A stretch of 52,609 nucleotides of DNA from Candidatus Melainabacteria bacterium (lineage in GTDB: Bacteria > Cyanobacteriota > Vampirovibrionia > LMEP-6097). The position numbers and the translations under genes were made by a program. The notes under the pieces are model-generated. The model did no database searches, was not told where the DNA came from, and saw only the letters and a program-made list of their open reading frames with translations. Shown here in pieces: positions 38,278-45,782 of the stretch. The first letter of the stretch is position 1; the number at the start of each line of letters is the position of its first letter. The stretch covers positions 1 to 52,609 of the forward strand of contig JABHOV010000052.1 in assembly GCA_018695135.1 (NCBI GenBank), in the 5' to 3' direction.

Positions 38278-40116
38278 ATGTCCCAATGGTCAATCCATTC
38301 CAAAAACAAAATCGGTCCAGAGCTACTAGAATTAGCGAAGGGAGATAGTTTAATTGCACGTATTTTACTCAATCGTGGAGTCAATACTATTGAAGCTGCT
38401 CGTTACTACCTTGACACCAAAAACATCCAAGCTTCTAGCCCACTTGAAATACCAGAAATGGATGTCGCTTATACCAGAATCAACAAAGCAATAGAACAGA
38501 AAGAAAGAATCTTGATCTACGGAGACTATGATGTTGATGGCACCAGCTCAGTGGCGCTACTTTATAGAGCATTTGCAATGATTGGAGTTCATGTCGATTA
38601 CTATATTCCTGACCGTCACTCCGAGGGTTACGGCATCAACAAAGAAGCTATCAAAAAAATCAAAGAAGAACATCAAGCGGCGCTAATGATCTCCTGTGAT
38701 TGTGGCATTAGTAATTATGATGAAGTAGAATATGGACAAAGTATTGGTTTGGATATTATAGTCACTGACCATCATTCAATACCAGACAACCCACCTCCAG
38801 GGATTGCCAACTGCAACCCAAAGACCTTGCCTGAAGAGCATCCCTTGCATTTTTTGCCAGGAGTAGGAGTTGCCTACAAACTAGCCGAACTCATCTTAAG
38901 TCATCATTTAAATAAAGAGATGGCAGTAACTTACACCCAATCACTTCTTGACCTTGTAGCACTCGGCATGATTGCTGATCTGGCACCATTACGCGCAGAA
39001 AATAGATACCTGACAGTGCTTGGCTTAGAGGTATTAGCCAAAACCAAAAAACCAGGTTTGCAAGAGCTACTCAAAATCAGTAGCAGAGGAGCTGACACAG
39101 AATCAATTGGTTTTGGGCTGGCACCAAGAATTAATGCAGCAGGTAGATTAGCTGACGCCACTAGAGCGGTCAGACTCATGATTACAGAAGACAGAGATGA
39201 AGCGATTGAGCTTTGCCGTGACCTTGATGATGAAAATAAAAACAGACAAGAACTTTGTAATGAGATTCAAGAAGATGCCCTCAGTATCATTGATCAAGAT
39301 AGAGCGATGCTTGAGGATAATGTAATCGTACTAGCCAAAGAGGGTTGGCATCACGGAGTAATTGGCATTGTAGCTAGTCGCATGCTCGACAAGTTCCACT
39401 TGCCAGTTTTTATTATGGCGCTTGATGGTGACAAAGCCAGAGGTTCAGTACGTTGCATAGCTATTGATGATTTAGATATTTATCAAGAGATGAAAGCTAT
39501 TCAAAAAAAGCATAATTTATTCCTTGGCTATGGCGGGCACAAAATGGCAGCTGGATTTAGTGTCAAAGCTCAAGACACTAATGAACTTTGCCTTGCCATT
39601 AGAGATCACTTCAGACTCAAGCTCGATGGACGCAACCTTGAAAAACAAATCAAGATTGATACAGCCCTCAGGCTCAAAGAACTCAGCAGCTCACTAATCA
39701 CTCGCCTTGAGAAGCTAGCACCTTATGGTATGGAGCATAGGCAGGCATTGTTTATCTCTGGTCCACTCAAAATTGAAGCGACAAGAATGCTCGGCAAAGA
39801 TGGCAAGCATATCAAGTTGTTTTTGTCTGAAGGAGATAGTCGCAAAAAATATGAAGCAGTACTCTGGAATAGAGCAGAAGAACTAAGCCAAGAATTTCAA
39901 GCTGGCTCAGCGATCACCATTGCATATACACCGCGCATAAATGAATTCATGGGCGACAAAATAATGCAACTAGATATCAAAGACTGGAAACATCCAAGTG
40001 ATGTTGCTGATGAATTTTTTGAGAGATTTAAGGACACGCTGAAAAACGAAGTTTTTCTAGTCGGGTCCATGAAAAAAGGTTCTAACATGGCGGAGCATGG
40101 CCCAGATAAGGGTTGA
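38278..40116 (+). CDS. recJ: single-stranded-DNA exonuclease RecJ
   Basis: GDYDVDG, DCG, TDHH, LAPRINAAGR, HGVIGIVASR, GGHKMAAG. Confidence 0.97.
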   Translation: MSQWSIHSKNKIGPELLELAKGDSLIARILLNRGVNTIEAARYYLDTKNIQASSPLEIPEMDVAYTRINKAIEQKERILIYGDYDVDGTSSVALLYRAFAMIGVHVDYYIPDRHSEGYGINKEAIKKIKEEHQAALMISCDCGISNYDEVEYGQSIGLDIIVTDHHSIPDNPPPGIANCNPKTLPEEHPLHFLPGVGVAYKLAELILSHHLNKEMAVTYTQSLLDLVALGMIADLAPLRAENRYLTVLGLEVLAKTKKPGLQELLKISSRGADTESIGFGLAPRINAAGRLADATRAVRLMITEDRDEAIELCRDLDDENKNRQELCNEIQEDALSIIDQDRAMLEDNVIVLAKEGWHHGVIGIVASRMLDKFHLPVFIMALDGDKARGSVRCIAIDDLDIYQEMKAIQKKHNLFLGYGGHKMAAGFSVKAQDTNELCLAIRDHFRLKLDGRNLEKQIKIDTALRLKELSSSLITRLEKLAPYGMEHRQALFISGPLKIEATRMLGKDGKHIKLFLSEGDSRKKYEAVLWNRAEELSQEFQAGSAITIAYTPRINEFMGDKIMQLDIKDWKHPSDVADEFFERFKDTLKNEVFLVGSMKKGSNMAEHGPDKG

Positions 40117-40143
40117 GACTTTGCATTTTCCAGTGCATCCTTA
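40029..40143. mobile_element. MITE/RPE-like palindrome supplying recJ C-terminus
   Basis: TAAGGACACGCTGAAAAACG vs CATTTTCCAGTGCATCCTTA (differences are transitions); recJ stop lies inside. Confidence 0.7.
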
Positions 40144-40165
40144 GCATGCTACAATCTTCTGCGTT

Positions 40166-41116
40166 ATGACTAAATATTCAATCGTATTTCCAGGACAAGG
40201 CGCTCAATCAATAGGCATGGGGCAAGAAAGCTACCAAGCCAATGCACAAATCCAAGAGATCTACTCTAAGGCAGATGAATTATTTGGCTCAAGTCCTTCA
40301 ATCTCTCAAGTGAGTTTTAATGGACCAGAAGAAACACTCGCTAAAACACTTTATACTCAACCAGCAATCTTGACACTTAGTATCGCACTTGCCGCTCAAG
40401 TCAAAGCAGCAATTCAAGCTGGCAAAATAGCCAAACCAGAATTTGTAGCTGGTCATAGCCTTGGAGAATTCTCTGCGCTGTATATGGCAGATGTTTTGAG
40501 CCTGGATGATGTACTCAAATTAGTTATCAAAAGAGCAGAATTAATGGAAGCTGCTCCAGCCGGTGCAATGTCAGCAATCATTGGTATGGACGAAAATACT
40601 TTAAATCAAATCATAGACAATATCGAAGGAGCTTCAGTTGCCAATTACAACTCTGCTGAGCAAATAGTTGCAACCGGTACTAAGGAAGCAATGATAGAAC
40701 TTGGCAAACAAGTTGAGGACTATGCTGCAACAAACTCAATCAAAGCAAGGGTTATAGCATTAAACGTTGGCGGCGCCTTTCATTCACCACTAATGCAAGC
40801 AGCTTCTGCTGAGTTCTCAAACTTGATTGACGCCTGTAATTTTAAAGATGCATCAATTCCAGTAATTCAAAACATAAACGCCCAAGCTACAATAAATGCT
40901 AATGACATCAAAACCAATCTCAAACAACAAATGACTGGTTCAGTACAATGGACTAAGACCTGTGCTGATTTAATTAGTAAGAATGATGAGATTTGGGAAA
41001 TTGGACCAGGCAAAGTCTTAGCTGGTTTAGTCAAAAAACAAGAGCGCAGATTTCCTGTTAAGAATATCTCTTCAATCACTGATTTAGATTCAGTTTTGAA
41101 CCCTGTCGTTAACTAA
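40166..41116 (+). CDS. fabD: malonyl-CoA:ACP transacylase
   Basis: FPGQGAQ, TQPA, GHSLGE, AFHS, EIGPGKVL. Confidence 0.97.
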   Translation: MTKYSIVFPGQGAQSIGMGQESYQANAQIQEIYSKADELFGSSPSISQVSFNGPEETLAKTLYTQPAILTLSIALAAQVKAAIQAGKIAKPEFVAGHSLGEFSALYMADVLSLDDVLKLVIKRAELMEAAPAGAMSAIIGMDENTLNQIIDNIEGASVANYNSAEQIVATGTKEAMIELGKQVEDYAATNSIKARVIALNVGGAFHSPLMQAASAEFSNLIDACNFKDASIPVIQNINAQATINANDIKTNLKQQMTGSVQWTKTCADLISKNDEIWEIGPGKVLAGLVKKQERRFPVKNISSITDLDSVLNPVVN

Positions 41117-41192
41117 ATTTAATCATGGCAAGACATAGTGGATGCACTGTATAGAGCAATTCTGCGAACAAAGATTTGTCATAATTGCACTA

Positions 41193-41444
41193 ATGACTCC
41201 AAAGTGGCACAACTTTGATAAACATAGAGCCGAAGTTTGTAAACAAACAGGCTATATCTTATGCACACCCTTTTGTATTATGTCATTGCAGTTGATCCTA
41301 AACAATTTTCTAATCGACAAAGATCTAAGATTTGGTTTCACTATTGCTTCAATACTTGGGCTCTTGGGATTTTTGCTAGTTGTGAAATCGATAAAAATAA
41401 TGTACTATCTAGACAGGAGTATTGCTTATGACACTATTAACTGA
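41193..41444 (+). CDS. small hypothetical two-TM protein
   Basis: Two hydrophobic segments; TGTCATAAT 7 nt before ATG 41193. Confidence 0.55.
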   Translation: MTPKWHNFDKHRAEVCKQTGYILCTPFCIMSLQLILNNFLIDKDLRFGFTIASILGLLGFLLVVKSIKIMYYLDRSIAYDTIN

Positions 41445-41592
41445 CGGTCAATGGCTTGGCTTATTGATTCTTGCAATTTTCACAGCAGTGGCTTTCTATT
41501 TATCTTATTATATCGGAGCAGAGCTTGATCCTGATTGTGAGATAATGAGAAAAAGATTTGGAAGAAGAAGAACCACAAAAGAAACTCAATAA
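41428..41592 (+). CDS. 54 aa single-TM protein missing from the ORF track
   Basis: AGGAG SD; MTLLTDGQWLGLLILAIFTAVAFYLSYYIGAELDPDCEIMRKRFGRRRTTKETQ. Confidence 0.55.
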   Translation: MTLLTDGQWLGLLILAIFTAVAFYLSYYIGAELDPDCEIMRKRFGRRRTTKETQ

Positions 41593-42367
41593 ATTCAATT
41601 GGTACCCCGGGCATATCGCCAAAGCGGAACGTCAATTAAAAGAGAAACTCAAAGTTATAGATCTAGTAATTGAGCTACTAGATGCTCGCATCCCTGAAGC
41701 TAGTAGACACAAAGATCTCAAAGAATGGGCAAACAACAAGCCAGTCATAACAGTAATCAACAAAGCTGATCTCGCTCCTCCCAATGATAATTACATTTCA
41801 ATTAATTCAAAAGACAAAGCCACACTCAAACAACTAATCCACGAAATCGAAAAAGCATCCAAGCCAATTCTTGACAAATATCTCAAACATGGGGTTATAG
41901 GCAGAGCAACCAAAGTAATGGTGGTCGGTTACCCCAATGTCGGTAAGTCATCATTAATCAACGCCCTTACCAAAAACAAAAAGAAAGCCAAAGTAGCAGA
42001 CAAAGCTGGAGTCACCAGGCAGCAACAATGGATAGACACCAAGTCCAAACTCAATATCAAACTCTTAGATACTCCAGGGATAATTCCAGCCAAGTTTTAT
42101 TCTGAAGACCAAGCGCTCAAATTAGCACTCTGCAATTGTCTTGGCGATAAGGCTTTTGATCATGTACTAGTAGCCAAAGAGGGTATGTATTTGCTAGAAG
42201 AGCACGTCACTAAGTTCTACAAAATAGAGCTTGGAGATGATCCTCTTAGTGCACTGGCTGTTTGCAAGAGTATGATTCGTAATGGTCAACCAGACGCTGA
42301 AAGAGCTGCTGGTTTATTCCTTCAGGATTTCAGAGAGGGTAAGCTGGGCAAAATCAGTCTAGACTAA
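41558..42367 (+). CDS. rbgA: ribosome biogenesis GTPase RbgA/YlqF
   Basis: NWYPGH, DARIP, NKAD, GYPNVGKSS, DTPG (circularly permuted GTPase). Confidence 0.95.
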   Translation: MEEEEPQKKLNKFNWYPGHIAKAERQLKEKLKVIDLVIELLDARIPEASRHKDLKEWANNKPVITVINKADLAPPNDNYISINSKDKATLKQLIHEIEKASKPILDKYLKHGVIGRATKVMVVGYPNVGKSSLINALTKNKKKAKVADKAGVTRQQQWIDTKSKLNIKLLDTPGIIPAKFYSEDQALKLALCNCLGDKAFDHVLVAKEGMYLLEEHVTKFYKIELGDDPLSALAVCKSMIRNGQPDAERAAGLFLQDFREGKLGKISLD

Positions 42368-42404
42368 AGCTTAAAATAGCCAAATATGCTATATTGAACT
42401 TGTT

Positions 42405-42629
42405 ATGTCAACAATCATTTTTGCAATACAAATTCTTTCAGGTCTATTTACAGTATTTTTTGTACTCATCAAGGACCCTAAATCTGAAGGTCTTGGAGCA
42501 ATTGGATCATCAGCTAGTAGCTTCAAAGGAGTTAAAACTAGTGCTGATGAGCAGCTTGACAATATGACTTGGATATTTGTTGCAGTATTTTTATTTAGTT
42601 CAGCTCTATTAGGTTTTAAGCTAGTATAA
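42405..42629 (+). CDS. secG: preprotein translocase subunit SecG
   Basis: Two TMs flanking PKSEGLGAIG...KTSADEQLDNMTW. Confidence 0.85.
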   Translation: MSTIIFAIQILSGLFTVFFVLIKDPKSEGLGAIGSSASSFKGVKTSADEQLDNMTWIFVAVFLFSSALLGFKLV

Positions 42630-43772
42630 ATAGTCCAGATCCTCAGCAAAGCCGAGATCTGGACGGATGCGTTCGCTATGCTCACTGGTTGTGCCTGCTT
42701 TGCAGGCTTCCACTAAACGTATAGATCCTGTGATGATGACAAGATCATTAGAAGTTTTTAAACCTTTTGCAGTAGCAATAGCTTCTTGAGGATTTAGAAT
42801 CATCATCTTATTAGCATCAATAATTTCATCAAGTACAAAAGCAGGAGTAGCTCTTGAAGAATCAATCTCTGTAAGTATTACAAGATCTCTATCAGCATCA
42901 AAAATTTCTTGTGTTAACAACTCATCAAGGCAGGCTTGATAGTCCTTATCTAAAAAAGCCAAAACGAAAATCTTGCGCTCAAAGCTTGGCAAATCCTTTT
43001 GAATAAAGTGGTTAAGCTTTTTCATTGCAGCAGGATTATGAGCGACGTCAATTAAAACTCCGTCATTATATTCAAAACGAGCTCTATGACGCTGAGGGAA
43101 TTGTTTTAAGACTTCTTGTTTTGTTTCATCACTAACTATAAGCTTATTTATTGATTCAAAGATTTCTAGAGCAAGAAGAAAATTGCTTCCCCTTACATCA
43201 TTGGGATTAGCCCCTGAGCCATGAGCCCCCAGCCCTGAGCCTTCGAAGTGGCAAATGCCGCTTCGACAGATCCCTTCTTTCTCACGACGAATTTCTTCAA
43301 TACTGTTGCCCAAATAATCCATATGGTCCATTGCCACATTAGTAATAGCTGAAGCAATTCGATTCTCTACTGGAATGACATTAGTAGCATCAAAGCGTCC
43401 ACCCAGACCAGTTTCCAAAATAACTATATCAACTTGCTCTTGTTTAAAATATTCAAATCCAATCAAAGTGAGTTTTTCAAATTCAGTTAGCCCTGAGCCC
43501 TCAAGCTCCAACCCTGAACCAAATTTTTCAAACTCCTCTTGAGAAATATCTTTGCCATTAACACTAAATCTCTCCGTTACCGACCAAATATGTGGGCTGG
43601 TATATTTACCGACTTTAAGATCAGGCACAACATTCAAATACAAAAGCTCTAAGAACGTGCAAACTGATCCCTTGCCATTGGTTCCAGCAATATGAATAGT
43701 TCTAAAATCATAAGGACCAAGCTTGCTATAAGCTGTTTGCACATTGTTCAAAGAATAGTTAATCACTGACAC
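42621..43772 (-). CDS. folC: folylpolyglutamate/dihydrofolate synthase, compact, with repeat-derived segments
   Basis: IHIAGTNGKGS, YTSPH, ETGLGGRFDATN, DVAHNP, TGS. Confidence 0.93.
   Translation of the reverse strand: MSVINYSLNNVQTAYSKLGPYDFRTIHIAGTNGKGSVCTFLELLYLNVVPDLKVGKYTSPHIWSVTERFSVNGKDISQEEFEKFGSGLELEGSGLTEFEKLTLIGFEYFKQEQVDIVILETGLGGRFDATNVIPVENRIASAITNVAMDHMDYLGNSIEEIRREKEGICRSGICHFEGSGLGAHGSGANPNDVRGSNFLLALEIFESINKLIVSDETKQEVLKQFPQRHRARFEYNDGVLIDVAHNPAAMKKLNHFIQKDLPSFERKIFVLAFLDKDYQACLDELLTQEIFDADRDLVILTEIDSSRATPAFVLDEIIDANKMMILNPQEAIATAKGLKTSNDLVIITGSIRLVEACKAGTTSEHSERIRPDLGFAEDLDYLY
42633..42707. repeat. modular hairpin element forming folC 3' extension
   Basis: GTCCAGATC...GATCTGGAC, GCCTGC-TTT-GCAGGC; minus-strand CAACCAGTGAGCATAGCGAACGCATCC resembles the 8351 element modules. 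Confidence 0.7.
43209..43520. repeat. two degenerate AGCCCTG heptamer arrays in folC (43209-43244, 43489-43520)
   Basis: AGCCCCTG AGCCATG AGCCCCC AGCCCTG AGCCTTC; encode EGSGLGAHGSG and GSGLELEGSGL. Confidence 0.7.
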
Positions 43773-43813
43773 AAATCAATTATAGCGAAACTCAGACCTC
43801 GACTGCCAGAAGC

Positions 43814-43911
43814 AGATTGCGAAGCAATCTCATATGCACTAGCCGCAGGCTAGCTAAGCAGGTCGTGAAACGACCATATGCAGCTTAGTTCCTATGCTTA
43901 GGAACTAAGCT
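43814..43911. repeat. array of four perfect hairpins between rne and folC
   Basis: AGATTGC-GAA-GCAATCT, CTAGCC-GCA-GGCTAG, GGTCGT-GAA-ACGACC, AGCTTAGTTCCTA-TGCT-TAGGAACTAAGCT. Confidence 0.85.
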
Positions 43912-45710
43912 TTTGCTTCATCACCACTAGGCTTGGGCATAGCACTAGTCGTATTCTCAACAATATGCGTTGCACCAAAGCTTTTAGTCTTGCTGCGATC
44001 ATTACTAGAACTAATGACAGCTGGGTTTTTAGTTTCCTTCGCTTCTTTAGGAGCTTCTTTCACTGCTGCTGATTTTCCTTTGTCATCAACGGGTTCTGAC
44101 TTTGTAGTCCCAGTACTTGTGTCTTTATTATCAGCACTTGGTCTTGGTCCACGATTTCGAGGTCCACCTCTTGAGTCGCGGTTATTATAGCGGCCTGATT
44201 TCTGATTATTATTACGTCCACCACTGCGTCTATCACCACCAGTACTGCTATCAGCTTGGTCACCTCGATCACTCTGTTCACTACGGTCGACAATACGATC
44301 ATTACGGTCAGGACGATCATTACGATCAGGACGGTCACTACGTTCAGGACGGTCATTACGGTCATTACGTTCAGGACGATCATTACGTTCAGGACGATCA
44401 TTACGTTCAGGACGATCGTTACGGTCAGGGCGGTCATTGCGATCATTACGGTTATTATAACTACGTTGATTGGTATTTCTTGGACGTCTATTGCCGTGAC
44501 TATGCGGAGCCTCATCAGTTTTCAAATTAAATAAAACACCAGTACCACTACAATGCTGGCAAGCAGTGCCAAAAGTTTCGGCAAGCGCTTGTCCAGATCT
44601 CTTACGAGTAATCTCAACCAAACATAAATCAGAAAGTTGTCCGACTTGTGGCTTAGCTTTATCAGGTCGAAGAGCCGTTTCAAGTACTTCCATCACAGTG
44701 ATACGATCTGCTCTTTCTGACATATCAATAAAGTCAATAATAATCATGCCACCAATATTGCGCAGTCTCATTTGTCTTGCAATTTCGACAGCAGCTTCCA
44801 TATTAGTTCTTCTAACCGTCTCACGCAAAGTGTTTGAGCTAGTAAATTTGCCCGAATTGATATCAATTGCAGTAAGCGCTTCCATACCTTGAATAACAAG
44901 GTAGCCGCCACTTGGAAGATTGACTCTATTAGAAAGGCAATTACGTAGTTCTTTAACTACATCTGTTTTAATCAAAACTTGATCAACATCATGATGAGTT
45001 AGATTAACTTCTCTACCAGTCCAGCTCTTAAGATGTTCTTGACACTTGTACTTCGCTTGCATGCCACCAACAACGATCTCATCGACACTAGTATTATAGT
45101 GGTCACGTAAAGTAGTGTATAAGAAATCAGATTCTTTATAGATCGCCCCATAGCCATCGAGCCTATCGTATTTATCAACTATATTTTTCCATTTCTCCCA
45201 GATAGTCAGAAAATCCTCTTCAAGTTCTTCTTGACTATGTCCTGCAGCCTCAGTTCTAATTACAACCCCAAGCTCTTCTGGCTTCATCAAATTGGTAATA
45301 GACCTCAATCTATCTCTTTCAGAATTCTCGCTAATTCTTCTACTGATTGCAATACCTTTGTTTTCACTAGTAAGAACATAGTATCTACCAGGAATCGAAA
45401 TCGCCAAATTGACTCTAGGACCCTTATTACCAGTGGGTTCTTTAACGATTTGAACCAAAAGTCTTTGTCCAGGACTCAACCTATCGTAAAGTAAACCTCT
45501 ACCGGGAATATCATTTGCATGAAGGAATCCCATTTGTCCATCTTGCAGCTTAACGAATACTGCATTGATTGATTGCATAATATTTTCTACTGTTACAGCA
45601 TAAACATCACCAACACTAAAATCATTTTTCTGAATAATAAAGTCTATTGCCTTGCCATTATCTAGCAATGCAGCAATATTATCCTGTTCGGAAATTACTA
45701 ATTGTCTCAT
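43905..45710 (-). CDS. rne: ribonuclease E/G family
   Basis: S1 domain, VQIVKEPTGNKGPR, IDINSG, RLRNIGGMIIIDFIDM, CQHCSGTG Zn link, disordered tail. Confidence 0.96.
   Translation of the reverse strand: MRQLVISEQDNIAALLDNGKAIDFIIQKNDFSVGDVYAVTVENIMQSINAVFVKLQDGQMGFLHANDIPGRGLLYDRLSPGQRLLVQIVKEPTGNKGPRVNLAISIPGRYYVLTSENKGIAISRRISENSERDRLRSITNLMKPEELGVVIRTEAAGHSQEELEEDFLTIWEKWKNIVDKYDRLDGYGAIYKESDFLYTTLRDHYNTSVDEIVVGGMQAKYKCQEHLKSWTGREVNLTHHDVDQVLIKTDVVKELRNCLSNRVNLPSGGYLVIQGMEALTAIDINSGKFTSSNTLRETVRRTNMEAAVEIARQMRLRNIGGMIIIDFIDMSERADRITVMEVLETALRPDKAKPQVGQLSDLCLVEITRKRSGQALAETFGTACQHCSGTGVLFNLKTDEAPHSHGNRRPRNTNQRSYNNRNDRNDRPDRNDRPERNDRPERNDRPERNDRNDRPERSDRPDRNDRPDRNDRIVDRSEQSDRGDQADSSTGGDRRSGGRNNNQKSGRYNNRDSRGGPRNRGPRPSADNKDTSTGTTKSEPVDDKGKSAAVKEAPKEAKETKNPAVISSSNDRSKTKSFGATHIVENTTSAMPKPSGDEAKA
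44295..44455 (-). repeat. 9/18-bp coding tandem repeat (NDR/PER/PDR) in RNase E tail
   Basis: Repeated CGTAATGATCGTCCTGAA-like units. Confidence 0.9.
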
Positions 45711-45782
45711 TTTGAACCTATCCTTTTATGTTTCAGGCTTGAAATCGCCTTTAGGAAATTTTTGCTGGTACTAACTGTGAAG

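Noticed and set aside
44295-44455. Possible CRISPR array
   Set aside because: Contiguous 9/18-bp coding repeats with no unique spacers, in frame within rne; no cas genes
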